Assembly (NCBI GenBank): GCA_951406725.2
Contig: OX597823.1
Location: forward strand, 13,516,001-13,580,000
Source of the DNA: Octopus vulgaris
Lineage: Eukaryota
DNA length: 64,000 nucleotides
Direction of reading: 5' to 3'
The translations under genes were made by a program, and so were the position numbers. Within the stretch, counting starts at the first letter, position 1. Each line of letters opens with the position of its first letter. Of the stretch, positions 37,331 through 50,730 are shown in pieces. The notes under the pieces were generated by a model. That model was not told where the DNA came from. It was given only the letters and a program-made list of their open reading frames with translations, and ran no database searches.

Positions 37331-38862
37331 AATTATAAATTTGAAATTTCTAAAAAAAACCTACCCTTTGCATCTTCGACCAAGCGCCATTGAAACATAA
37401 CACAATGTAATCAACATATCCAAATTTATATCGACGAGTGAATTCATATTTTCCCTATAGTGGTAGTCTATCTCATATGTATGTAATAAAATTTAATGAA
37501 CCTCAGTTTTTTTAATATGCTAGACTACTTGGTGTTATCAAATTAATATCCAATTTTTCACCCTCATTTTAAGTTTAATTTTAAATTAATACGTTCTCAA
37601 ACCGGCAAAGTGAATTATTTTATGCAGTATTATTTCCGGTAATTTAGCATGCCAGAACGTGAACTTTTGAAAAATAACCACAAGTGTAGTATGGTAGAAC
37701 TACATACATGTTCGACCTCGTGTGGATGTCTGGTGTGTAGTTCTGCATATTATATTTGTATGGACAATCATACTGAGGATCTACGGACAAATTGCGTATG
37801 TAAAATTACGTATTCTGTTGATAGGGAAACATTGTTTATGATTAATCTATATTTTTCTCACTTTTCATTTGTCTTCCTCGCTCACGTTTCTGGTGTTTGC
37901 TAAATTTTCTAGAGAAGATTTATAAGTGGTAAGTCCATAGCGGATCTACTTCTAGCATTAGGGTGTTCACATAGTGGTAATTCCTCTCATATGTATGTAA
38001 TACAATGAATTTAACCTCAGTTTTTTTAATATGCTAGACTACTGGTGTTAAATTGGCGTTATCAAATTAATATCCAATTTATCACCATCATTTTAATTTA
38101 TATATATATATATATATATATATAAAAACAGAGTTAGCGGTTATAGTAACCGACTAAGGGATAAATTATCTGTATATACTATCGGCGTGTCATGCTTTGT
38201 ATGAAAAAATAAGCTATAGATATAGTCCAATAGATGTGTTGGTTAATCTGTGGTCCCCTCCATTTTCTAATTTTGTATCTATATATATATACATACATAC
38301 ATACATGCATACATACATACATACATACACATGCATCCATCCATACATACATTCATACATGCATACATACATACTTACATTCATAAATGCATTGATAAAT
38401 AAAAAGATATTTACAAGTAAATGCATTCATATTATTCAATATTGTATATTGTCATACATAATACTTATAACATTCAACGCTATCTCCATGCTAGATATGT
38501 GTGTCTGTCATTTTGTATTCGATTAAAAGCCAGTTTTTTGCTACTCTGAAAAACAGGCAGCAAAAATATGCGTGCATATAGCATTTTTTGGATTTATGTG
38601 TGTGTGTGTTTGCGTGTGTGTGTGTGTGTGTTTGTGTGCACGCGCGCGTGTATGGTTAATATAAGCGATTGCTACTTATGTTTTATTATTCATATTCATA
38701 TATATAGAGAGAGAGATTTGCGGAACGAAACCAAGATGCTTAGATAATCATTATTTGATTTACCAGTTGTGATTATACATTATAACATAGTAAAGTGATG
38801 TTGTTTCTCTTGTAGATTGTGGCAAAATCACTGCCGTTTTATTCATTTATTTATTTATTTAC

Positions 38863-39164
38863 CTTTCCTTTGCATTAATAGTTCGAGAACTTCCTCCCAA
38901 CACCCCGTTTCCCCGCTACATACAGAGAAAATAACATTTATTCGCTTCTCATTTTAGCGGTTTTCATTGTATGTCCGTTTAGCTATTATATAAAAAGTCA
39001 ACTCCCAGTGTGATATCGCAGCATTTTTCAGTCTTTCACAATGATGCCAAGAAATCTGACACTTTTAGAGACCTCTTAATTCACACAGTTCCGGTGAAAG
39101 CAAACAAAATCTTTGCTTAGCAGCCAAATCGATACTGTTGTCAAAATTATTCGATATTTCAATC
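38863..39164 (-). pseudogene. Exon relic (302 nt, phase 2 to 1, two stops, no frameshift)
   Basis: Acceptor actttatttag, donor AAG|gtaaat; IEISNNFDNSIDLAAKQRFCLLSPELCELRGL*KCQISWHHCERL..SVCSGETGCWEEVLELLMQRK. Confidence 0.65.
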
Positions 39165-39394
39165 CTAAATAAAGTTTATTGATTCGCTTACGTTGTCAAT
39201 GTTTGCAATCGGGTGTTTTAAAATAAAAAGAGAGTTTAAACAAGTAAATAATATATTGAACAAACATTGCTATCTCCTCTCCGATTACATAATACATTGA
39301 CTTTTTTTCCACTAGGAAAGCTTCTATTTGAATCTTAATATCTTGTTTCGTTACTTAAGGTTTCCTCATTGCTTGATTTATAAAATACAATTGA

Positions 39395-39970
39395 GTACAA
39401 TATTCCCCAACCATATGATTCCGGGTTCAATCTCACTGCCTGGCACCTTGGGCAAGTGTCTTTTATTATAGCTGTGGAACGAAAGCTTTGTAAGTGAATT
39501 TGGTAGACGGAAACTGAAAGAAGCCCGCCGCACGTGTGTGTATGTATGTGTGTGTGGGGGGAGGGTGTTCGTTTCTTTTCTTATTCTTGTTTCAATTCTT
39601 ATTCGGTGTCCATGCAGGGGCAACGCATTGAAGAATTTTTAGTCGATCAAATGGATCTCAAACCTTTTTTCTTTAAGCCTGGTATTTCATCTATCGTCGT
39701 CTTTTGCTTAACAGCTAAGTTACAAGCACGTAAATACAACTAGACTGGTCGACAAGCGGAGGCGTAACACAATCAAATACACGCACAGACCCACGCACAC
39801 TCAAATGTATATGGATATGGCAGATTTTTTCAGTTTCCGTTTACCACTTTCACTAACAAGTATTTGTTCAGCCCAAGGCTTTATCAGAAGAAACTTGCCC
39901 AAGATTCCACGCTATGGGACTGAACCTGGAACGATGTGGTTGGGAAGGAAACTCCTTACCACACAGCCAC
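39395..39970. mobile_element. Two diverged SINE family B copies in opposite orientation
   Basis: + head 39395-39530; - copy about 39560-39970. Confidence 0.75.
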
Positions 39971-40144
39971 GAAATCGCATACATACGCACAGATACACAC
40001 ACGTGGATGTATATATATACACACACACACGCTTCCGACGAAACGTTAAACCCTCCTTCTTCCCTTCTTTCCTGAGCGTCCAATAATACTTTATTTGTTC
40101 CACGTCCTTACGTTGTTGTGTATATTTTGTTTTCTTGTTTGGAT

Positions 40145-40205
<61 letters not shown>

Positions 40206-40208
<3 letters not shown>

Positions 40209-40332
40209 GGTGATTCAAAAGTCACCATACATAGGAAATTTTATTTTTTTATAAGAAACAGTTAAATAAAAAAACTGTTTCTTATTAAAAAAATTAATTG
40301 TTCTTATGTATGGCGACTTTTGAATCACCCTG
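40206..40332. mobile_element. 127-bp palindromic Tc1/mariner-type MITE
   Basis: CAGGGTGATTCAAAAGTC.CCATACATA TIRs; almost wholly self-complementary; next to (TA)n. Confidence 0.85.
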
Positions 40333-40607
40333 TATATATACTCTAAATTTTATATATCATCTTTTATAAATATATATAATCGTACTTGCATACATACGTA
40401 CATAAGGGCACACATAAATACACACATACATATATACGAGGATGGTGGCTGAAACCAAAGTTGTAAATATGTGTGTCTTAAACACTAAGCACTTCTTCCT
40501 GATCCTTTGACTAACTCGACATAGCAGCTCCATTCACTCAAATGTAGATTACTGCTTTAAATAAAGAGAATATTGCGCTAGTTAGTAATACTTAATCCCC
40601 AAAATAC

Positions 40608-41169
40608 CTAAGGAGGGTTTTATCATGGACTGAACACCTTTCATCGTCGGAATACTCAACCAGAAATATAGGAGCACTCCGTCGGTTACGACGACGAGGG
40701 TCCCAGCTGATACGATCAACGGAACAGCCCGCTCGTGAAATTAACGTGCACGTGACTGAGCAATCTACAGACACGTGTACTCCTAACGTAGTTCTCAGCG
40801 AGATTCAGCGTGACACAGAGTGTGACAAGGTCGGCCCTTTGAAATACAGGTACAACTCATTTTTATCAGCTGAGTGGACTGGAGCAACGTGAAACAAAGG
40901 GTCTTGCTCAAGGGCACAACGCGTCGCTGGGAATTGAACTCACGACCTTACAATCTTTAGCCGAATGCCCTAACCACTAAGTCTTCACAATCAGAAATAG
41001 CGCATGGTTAAACGCCATCAATAACACTCTACAATGTTTCATGGACATTTGATCAACGAAGAAACAACTTAGTACTGTTAGAAATATGCAGAGCTTCTCA
41101 AAAGCAACGTTTTCCAACCTTTCACCTTTAAAGAAAATCTTGAAATTCGTTCCATGTCTCAAGGGACGC
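40608..41169 (-). pseudogene. Exon relic split by a SINE
   Basis: Removing the SINE and one TSD copy (TATTTCTG.TTG) restores an open frame of about 76 aa, RPLRHGTNFK..NHALFLVEYSDDERCSVHDKTLL, between tag| and |gtattt. Confidence 0.6.
40670..40988 (-). mobile_element. tRNA-derived CORE-like SINE (family E)
   Basis: TAGTGGTTAGGG..GAGTTCAATTCCC..CCCTTGAGCAAGACC..CCACTCAGCTG; 3' half shared with 3553-3735. Confidence 0.85.
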
Positions 41170-41524
41170 CTACATCAAAAGTATTATGTATATTTAATAA
41201 TCCTGTACTTCCTATATACTTATATTCAATTTGAGAATATGTGAATATGTTAAAGAAATCATAAAATTATCTTTGTAAGTTTGTGGCGATGCAAAATTCA
41301 TTTGATGCTACAAGAAGAATTAAGAAATTTTGCATTAACTAAGAACTTGCTTCGACTAAAGTTTCCATTGAGATGTCTGTTTTCCCGTAGGGTTTTGTTC
41401 CTATCTATAGATGCTTATGATTTGAATATATTCTGCGTGAATAATAAAATTAGAAATGTAAAATCAAATACAAAAGTGACTCAGAGATGTATTAGCAAAT
41501 AATATGCATATTTATCACTACATG

Positions 41525-41602
<78 letters not shown>

Positions 41603-42015
41603 TATATAATGAATATCTTTTTGCACGGATCAATATTACAACACGGCCATATAGTTACATTATGCTGAAGAAAATTATAACCGTGACCCTTCTATGTATG
41701 TACGTATACACATGCACACACAAACACATATAATTGCTTTTATATGTATAGTTAATTGCGCAAAACAAGAAGTATTAATGGAAGGAGCCTCACGTTATAC
41801 CTTTCAGTAAAATAACATACTTTATAGATCGAAGGAAAAGTGTGACAGCTACTTCCAAGAATGTCTTTACTTTCTTTCCTGAGAGAGACACACAAAGTCA
41901 ACCAAGTCAAAATTTGGAAGTAGCTGTCAACATCTTTCTTGTAAAACACTACGTGTGCGTGTGTTGTGTGCTTGTATGTATATGCGTGTATATGTATTAT
42001 GTATGTGTATATATA

Positions 42016-42057
<42 letters not shown>

Positions 42058-42956
42058 GGGAAAGAAAGTATATAGTTCAAATTTAAAGAAAAACAAAGGA
42101 TGAAAACAGGTGTAGGAGCAACAAGGAGGTGTAATCGTTTAACGCTCGAGAAAAATGTAATTCTTTTAAGTTTCGTGCCTACGCCCGTCGACAGAAAGGA
42201 ATAAGAGAGATAATATAGAGAGAAAATTAATATAATGGAGAGAGAAAAGATGTATAGAGTTCAGCAGATCAACATGACGAGATGACAGGGAGGAACAGGG
42301 GTTGAATGAAAGGGCGATAATAATAGTGATCCGAACGAAGTAAGGTGCGCAAGCGTGTGTATATATGTGAGAATGGTGTGTGTGAATATGTATGCGTGTA
42401 TTTTTCAATGAGGGCGAAAGAGTCTGACGTGTGTGTGTGTGCGTGCATGTGTACCGTATGTGTGTGTGTTGTGTGTACCAGTTGATGTGTGCTTTTTCAC
42501 GTGGTGGTTGGACCTGTGTATGTGTGTGTGTCTGTGTCTGTGACCAAATAGTGTGCATGTATATATTGTACTATGTAGGCGAAAATTATCTTTCTCTATA
42601 CGTGTTGCGTGTGTGTGTATATATGTGTGTTCAGGTATTATGTGCTTGTGTGGGTGTAGGAGTGTGCATGATAGGGTGTGGTGTACGTACAGAGTTAAAC
42701 AGTGTGTGTGGATGTTCCTATAGAGGTATGTGTGGTAGCGCTATTGAAGATTGTGTGTGGGTGTGTGGATAACAGTGTGCGGTGTGGATGCTTAAGAGTG
42801 GTCAGCACTAATGTGTGTGGAGGGGGAAGGTGTTGCGGGTGTGTGTGTAAGGGTGTGCGAAGTGAATGATGAGTTGAACAATGTGTATGGGTTTCTGTAT
42901 AGTGGTGCGTGTGCGGGGAGGGTACGGAGGTTTGTGGTATGCAGTTGTGTGTAGGG

Positions 42957-43186
42957 CATCGAGCTGGCAGAAACGTTAGCACGCCGGGCGAAATGCGTAG
43001 CCGTATTTCGTCTGCCGTTACGTTCTGTGATCAAATTCCACCGAGGTCATCTTTGCCTTTCATCCTTTCGAGATCGATAAATTAAGTACCAGTTACGCAC
43101 TGGGGTCGATGTGATCGACTTAATCCATGTGTCTCTCCTTGTTTCTCCCCTCTGTGTTTAACCCCATGTGCGTAGTAAAGAAATAG
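42957..43186 (+). mobile_element. SINE family A monomer (tail type 1)
   Basis: Consensus match; imperfect TSD starting GGTATGC. Confidence 0.88.
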
Positions 43187-43639
43187 GTATGCGGTGGTGT
43201 AGGTGGAAGGTGGTTCAGTTATGATAACTGGTAGCTTGTCTTTGATTAGGGGACTGTTGGACAAGCAAAGATTTACCATATATAACATAGATAACCCCAC
43301 CCTTACTATATATCTCTATAATCGTATACAATTGCTTAATCTAAATATAAAACATGCCAAACTTAAAAGTATAATATGTACGATTACATTTCTTCATAAT
43401 ATAATGTACGAATAACAGATTTTGTAAGGATACAATTTCCAGGTTTCCGTGTCATATCCCCGTGTCAGAAAATTTCGAAAATATAAAACTCAAACGTATC
43501 CTCTAGAGTACAAGACGAGGCAAATACGTTTAAATTTCTCTAAACCTGACACTTTCTATAAATTGTAAGATATTATACTTTCTCGAGATGAAGCGAAAGA
43601 TATTTTGCCAGTAAAAAGGCGTTTTTATTCATTTGCTTT

Positions 43640-43950
43640 TTCTTATATTCTTTTACTTGTTTCAGTCATTTAACTTCGGCCATGCTGGAGCAACCGCTTT
43701 AGTCGAGCAAATCGACCCCAGGACTTATTCTTTGTAAGCCTAGTACTTATTCTATCAGTCTCTTTTGCCGAACCGCTAGTTTACAGGATCGTAAACACAC
43801 CAGCATCGGTTGTCAAGCGATGGTGGCTGGACAAACACGAACACAAAAATACACACACACGCACACACGCACACACACACACACACACATTTATATATAT
43901 ATACGATGGGCTTCTTTCAGTTTCCATCTACCATCTACAGCCACTCCTGT
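43640..43950 (-). mobile_element. SINE family B with deletion in the head region
   Basis: Consensus match. Confidence 0.85.
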
Positions 43951-44834
43951 TTGTTTTTTTTTTGGGGTGGGGGTTAAATCTTAATCTACGATTTTCAAAA
44001 TGTAAATTCGAAGTCTCTTTTGATGAAAATGGAAAAATCAATTAATAAAACAAATTGGCTATTCTGAAAAAGTTTGCTTTAACGGCTCGATAATTCAGGT
44101 CAGCTAGTTTAGATTATTTGTGTTCTCCATAAATGCTGGCCTCGCCCCAATTTAGATTACGCTGCTTTCATCAACATTTCAATTATATACTCCTACAAAG
44201 TATCTCAACTATCTTCATTATATCTCCCCTCAATGTATGAGATGTACTAGTATAACACTCAGGAATCGAAAAAGTCTTGAACGTTTCGAGCCTACGCTCT
44301 TCTACAGAAAGGTATACATAAAAAACAAGGAGAGAAACAAGGAGAGAAAAAATGTGTGTAGTGGCTAACGGTCTATCATGGCGTCTATATATATATATAT
44401 ATATAATATGTATGTATACGTGGGTGTGTATGTAGAGAGAGATTTATAGATATCGATATATATTCCTGGTCGACGGAGATACTACACGGTCAGTCACCCT
44501 CCTAAATATCCTTATCTCATTGTCTTACTGTCTTTAAATGGAAGTGACTCATGGGATAGTAAAACATTTTTTATTTCCGCCAAAGTCGTCGAGCCTCTAG
44601 CAATATAATCCTGCGCCGCCAAATTAAGTAGAGATGAAACAATAGCAATAACAAACCTCCATTAGAAAAAGCCCGGCTGGCTAAAAATAACGAATATATC
44701 TCATCTCCTTCGGATTACACATTATATCTTTAGAAAGGATAGAAAGACACTTTGAAAATGTGGGCCCTAAAACGAGCGTTACGTTTGGAATAGCTTGGAA
44801 CCTAAGTTCCTCGACCAGTGCTGAACTGGAGCTA

Positions 44835-45810
44835 AATAATAACCACCATTTACAAAATATATATACATCCCGGTTTTTTTTAAGATATATAGATAGGCGC
44901 AGGAGTGGCTGTGTGATACGAACTTGCTTCCCAACCACATGGTGCCGGGTTCACCCCCACTGCGTGGCACCTTTGAAAAGTAGTAGCGTGACGAAGATGA
45001 TTTAGGTAAATATGTTAGGCGAGATTATGTTTTATAACATAAAACATTTAAATGCACGCTGGCATGTGATCAGATAATGCCATGGAGAAGAATTATCCTT
45101 TTCGATCGACCACCTCTGAAACATACCCGTGTGGTTCTTGGTGCTTTTTGTCGATTAATGGGCGGTATATTTCTACTGGGTATTTTCGGCTGAATTCAAG
45201 AAATAGTAGTGAACGATTCAAGGTACCATCTACTATCCAGTGACCATAATCTTCTTTTTATATAGCTTCATTTTGGGAAAATATTTTGATGACTCACTTT
45301 GGCGTGGGATTTTTTTTTTTCCAGTTGTCTAGTGAATAAATTTTACTGTCGCATTTCATATGCCTCATGTAACTAAGAACGTCGTCAAGAAATAGATTGG
45401 TTTTTGTAGCGTAAATACAATGCAGGACATATTTCAAACGGTTATTTATTCAGCTCAAGCTGCACAGATATTTCGAGGAATTTAAGAGTATAAAATCTGG
45501 CAAAAATGTCACAATATTGCTTAACCTACGACATTTAGTTCTTTTGTAATGTATTGAGCTGATTCTCAGCAAACGTTCTCAATTGACTGTTATTCTTCTC
45601 TGCTGATCGACGCTCGCCGCGAATTTCCTGGACTTCACGGTTTTCGTCCGCAATCGGAAACTTTTGAAACCAATGTTATAGTGTGGGTACACTAACGGCC
45701 TCTTGACCAAATCTTTGATATTACCGCAGTTTCCACAGCATTCTATTTAATTTTTAACTCATAAAACAAAATCGCTTCCATGTTTAATTCTCTATTTTTG
45801 TTTCCCTTTT
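44835..45810 (-). mobile_element. Decayed mariner transposase, interrupted by a SINE B head at 44895-44975
   Basis: ILFYELK..NAVETA..GQEAVSVPTL*HWFQKF (HTH), FPKMKLYKKKIMVT, IVHYYFLN, DRKG.ILLH motifs. Confidence 0.75.
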
Positions 45811-46460
45811 ACATCTTTAAGTTGTCAACTGAAATCCAACATGACGAACGCTAAAAAAAGACGCTTAGCATAAATAAATAGATCGATATTTTTTTGTTTC
45901 AAAATGGTATACCATGTGAGAATGCTTAAACATTAGTCATTCTGAAATAAGCTTCTCCACTTTTAAAATAGCAGAAAATAAAACCGCAGGAGACATTAGA
46001 TGCACAGACTTTTAACTCCTGCTTATAACAACTGTAACCAGGGGTTAACCGAACATTATCAAGACCAGTAATAATGATCCGTGACTTCTTACTCCCTGGT
46101 TCAAATTTAAAATGTGGTAATAACGCGCCATTATAACTTAATAATTAATAATATGCAGCTGAGATGTTCTCCAAGCCTTAAAAGATTAATGGATTAAACT
46201 ACTCATAATGGATTAAGATATAGTAATAATGAGGGGAAAAAATCTATCATATTATTATATTTCTGTGTGCGTGTATGTATGTATATATATGCGCGTGAGG
46301 TTATTCATTCAAACATGATACATATATATATACATTCAAATACGTATGTTTGTGTGTGTGTGTGAGAGAGATAGAGAGAGAGAGGGGAGGAGGAGGAGGA
46401 GAGAAAGTGAGTGAGAGAGAAAGAGCGGGAAAAATATATAAATACATGTGTATACGCATT

Positions 46461-46499
<39 letters not shown>

Positions 46500-46534
46500 A
46501 TAAATATGTCCTTATATATGTATAAATATGTCCT

Positions 46535-46595
<61 letters not shown>

Positions 46596-46782
46596 GTTTA
46601 TATATACGTTTATATATTTGTTTTGCAAGATTTTTGATGTGAAATCGTGTGTTGAAACATATATTGTTGTATTTAGGAATGGTCATTTTGCCAGTTTAGC
46701 CAATAAAAACACACGCACTATATATTTGGTGTTACTTTGCTTCAGCGTTATTTATTTTTTACATTAATCTGAATCTTATTTC

Positions 46783-46827
46783 GGCCAGAGTTCTTTCGTC
46801 ACACTCCTGTGATCGCATCAGTGGTCC
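46783..46827 (-). ncRNA. Minimal hammerhead-like motif in a PLE-like fragment (46600-46860)
   Basis: GGACCA CUGAUGC G AUCACA-GGAG-UGUGAC GAAA G AA CUC UGGCC. Confidence 0.5.
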
Positions 46828-46987
46828 TTTGCTTTCTTCTTTCTTATTCGTGTTCTCTCCTTACTAACGGTCAGCCATTTTGTATTTTTCATTTCTATTG
46901 TATGTGTCTTCATTTGCGCATGCGTATATCTCTATGTGTGTCTATGTTTAGTTATGTGTGTGTGGTGGGGGGAATGCCTGTAATGTT

Positions 46988-47034
<47 letters not shown>

Positions 47035-47035
<1 letters not shown>

Positions 47036-47259
47036 CTTTTCTTTTATTTGTTTGTCATTTGACTGCGGCCATGCTGGAGCACCGCTTTTAGTCGAGGAAA
47101 TCGACCCCAGGACTTATTCTGTGTAATCCTAGTACTTATTCTATCGGTCTCTTTCGCGTAACCGCTAAGTTACGGGAACACAAACACACCAGCATCGGTT
47201 GGCAAGCGTTGTTGAGGGGACAAACACAGACACACAAACACACACACACGCACACACAC

Positions 47260-47300
<41 letters not shown>

Positions 47301-47380
47301 CACGACGGGCTTCTTTCAGTTTCCGTCTACCAAATCCACTCACAAGACTGAGGTCGGCTCGCGGCTATAGAAGAAGACAC
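47035..47380 (-). mobile_element. SINE family B, 5'-truncated
   Basis: Consensus match. Confidence 0.85.
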
Positions 47381-47921
47381 ACACACACAGACACACAAAC
47401 ACACACACACAAAACACACACACACACACACAAAAACACACACACACGCACACGCATACATATATATATATATATATATAAGTTTGTAGAGAGAAACAAA
47501 GAAAAAATGAGAGAAATGATGATGATGCTGATGATGATGATGGTGATAATGATGATGATGATGATGATGAGCTAAGAGCTGGCAATAGAGTTGGTCAATT
47601 AACTGATTTGGCAGACTGAAGAAGTATCAAGGAATCATTGGGTGTTGGATCGATGGACTGAAAACAGGTGAAAAGAGATGAACAGGACAGATAGACATTC
47701 GGTAGATACACTGGTAGATAGTGATGGATGGATAAATGAATGGATGATATACAAAGGTGTATGCGTGTGTGTGTGTGTGTGTGGTAGCTAGGTAAATAGA
47801 TAGATAGATAGATGATGGATGGAAGGATGGATAGATATATAGATAGATAGATAGATAGATGATGGATGGATGGATAGATAGTTAGATAGGTAGATAGATA
47901 GATAGATAGATAGATAGATAT

Positions 47922-48079
<158 letters not shown>

Positions 48080-48399
48080 TGACTGATTGATTGATCGATT
48101 GAGTGGATAGCTAGGTAGATATGAAGATGGATAATCCAAATACTCCAAGCGTAAAAGAAAGAAGGAAAGAAAGAATGAAAGATAGAAAGAAAGAAAAGAA
48201 GGAAGGACGGAAGGAAGGAAGAAAGAAAGAAAGGAAAAAGAAAGAAATAAAGAAGGAAAGAAGGAAACTACGAGAGAGCGAGAGAGTTTCAAAGCGATAT
48301 AGAAACAGATAGTGCTCGGGCCAGATGTTTTCAGCTGAGCGTTCAAAGACAATTCGTTGGTCCTATGTTTGTTGTTACAATGGCCAAGTGTAGTCATCT

Positions 48400-48562
48400 G
48401 TGGGCAAATGTCCGCTAGCAAACATAACTCCCCATGCATTTCCATTCAACTTCAATGAAAGCCCGACTATTCAATTCCGTATTATGATTAATCAGCCAGA
48501 AGGCTGATCTGATTCATCATTTATTCGTCTGCAACAGTATGTTGTAGACATATACTTGCTAA
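48400..48562 (+). mobile_element. Helitron Rep/helicase coding fragment
   Basis: TIQFRIMIN..*..FIRLQQYVVDIYL resembles the Helitron Rep-region motif Y.YRLMIR..LFQQYVVD.Y. Confidence 0.5.
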
Positions 48563-48815
48563 GCAATGATATCATCTCTCTCACTCTCTCTCTCTCCCTC
48601 CTCTCCCTCTCCCTTCCTCTCCCTCCCTCCCTCCCTCTCTATTTCTATCTCTATCTCTGTGTTTCTATATATATATATGTGTGTGTTTGTGTGTCTATGT
48701 ATGTGTGTATGTATGTGTGTATGTGTACGTATATGTATGTATGCATGTAAATATATATATGGATATTTATGCAAATATATATGTGCACACATATTTATTT
48801 TTATATATGTGCGTG

Positions 48816-48852
<37 letters not shown>

Positions 48853-49044
48853 ATGTGTGTGTCTGTGTGTGTGTGTGTATGTGTGTGTATATACGGGCAC
48901 ACACATATAAATACACACTTCCTTCCTCAAATTTCTAATATTCTAGAGGATCACACACACACACACATATACTGTATATTTGTATATCCATGTACGCATA
49001 CCTATATACGCTTATATATATATATATGTGTGTGTATGTAATTA

Positions 49045-49090
<46 letters not shown>

Positions 49091-49159
49091 CATACATACA
49101 CACATAATACAAATATTTATATGTGTGCATTTGTATGAAGATATTCTCTTTCAAGCCCG

Positions 49160-49193
<34 letters not shown>

Positions 49194-49195
49194 AC

Positions 49196-49249
<54 letters not shown>

Positions 49250-49527
49250 TCTTATACTTGTTTCAGTCATTTGACCGTGGCCATGCTGGGGCACCGCCTT
49301 TAGTCGAGCAAATCGACCACAGTTCTTATTCTTTCTAGCCTATCTCTTAATCTGTCGAGCTCTTTTACCGAACAACTAAGTACGACGGGCTTCTTTCAGT
49401 TTCCGTCTACCAAATCCACTCACAAGGCTTTGATCGGCTCGAGGCTATATTAGAAGTCACTTGCCCAAGGTGCCACCCTGTAGGACTGAACCCAGAACCA
49501 TGTGGCTCGTAAGCGAGCTACTTACCT
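49250..49527 (-). mobile_element. SINE family B lacking its microsatellite-bearing middle
   Basis: CTAAG joins directly to TACGACGGGC. Confidence 0.85.
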
Positions 49528-50146
49528 ATATATGTCACGGACATGTGCCGAAAGATAATCTGTCTTTCTGCCCACAACCTTCGTAAAGAAAATACGTGCT
49601 TATACTGTCTCCTTCATACGTAAGCTCGTCTTCCTAGCGTTCATAATTTTTCTATCGTCTTGACTTAACCACCCTCACCGTTTGTTTTTACTGTTTTGTT
49701 CTCTCTGTCCTATTCTTTTTTCCACTTTCAGCCTCCGGAAAAATTCCAAATATTATTTAATTTGCTTTGCGGGAACGTTTGTCTCAAAGAAGTCGCGTCT
49801 TGCCCTTGCCTTCGCAACGTGGATTACATGAAACAGAGACAACTGAAGAAGGGGAATATTCCTTATGTAGTATGTCTCGTTTCTCTGGGATTTTTTTTAT
49901 ATCGTTGTTCCAAAATAAGTTCGTTTCTATGTTTTTGTTGTTATGTTTTCGTTTCTCGTTGTGTTCAACGCTTTTTTGATGTCCTGCACCCATATATTAT
50001 TTATGTATATATACATATATACATGTAGGTATGTACATATATGTATGTATATATATGTTTTCAAATACATATATGTATGTATATATATGTTTTCAAAGAA
50101 AGAATGAACTGCAAACAATTGTAGCTTCACATTAGACCATGGATAC

Positions 50147-50171
50147 AAGCCTTGTGTCTATAGTAGAATGG
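50147..50171 (+). mobile_element. 25-nt SINE A tail-only insertion with 16-bp TSD
   Basis: ATTAGACCATGGATAC at 50131-50146 and 50172-50187 flanks AAGCCTTGTGTCTATAGTAGAATGG, which resembles the type-2 tail. Confidence 0.7.
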
Positions 50172-50730
50172 ATTAGACCATGGATACTACTAATATCATT
50201 TACTAAGGATATTCCCCCATTCTTCATCCCCAGAGACGAAATCGTTGGTCTTTGTATGGAAATCTTTGCTGACTGAGATATGCATCACAAACACAGATAT
50301 TCTAGAAACACACGTAGGAGACTTTATGCACAACTTCTCAATCCTGTATTTACTTTAGCATCTCTACAATTACGTTTGGATTACAAATTCCATTGACTAA
50401 ATTGATACCACATATTTTTACTCTTTCATTCTGTCTTTTTAATATATAGCTTTTAGCTCGATAATGAACCACTTTTACCTATTTAATTCTAGGCACTACA
50501 ACGCCACTCTTGCTTTAGTATCCGTGCAATTCAGAGTTATAGAGCACTTATTGTATACACTTAGTACGTTACGTCATGAGATGCAATTTTAACTGCGCTC
50601 TTTTTCTCTCTCCACCACATGTGTGTGTGTGTGTATTTCGAGACAGATCATAGGCCACCGGCCATTAAGATCTGATGAGACGTGTGTAAAGCTAAGCGTT
50701 TTATGAAGGAGAAACCTTGGGTAACCTTAA

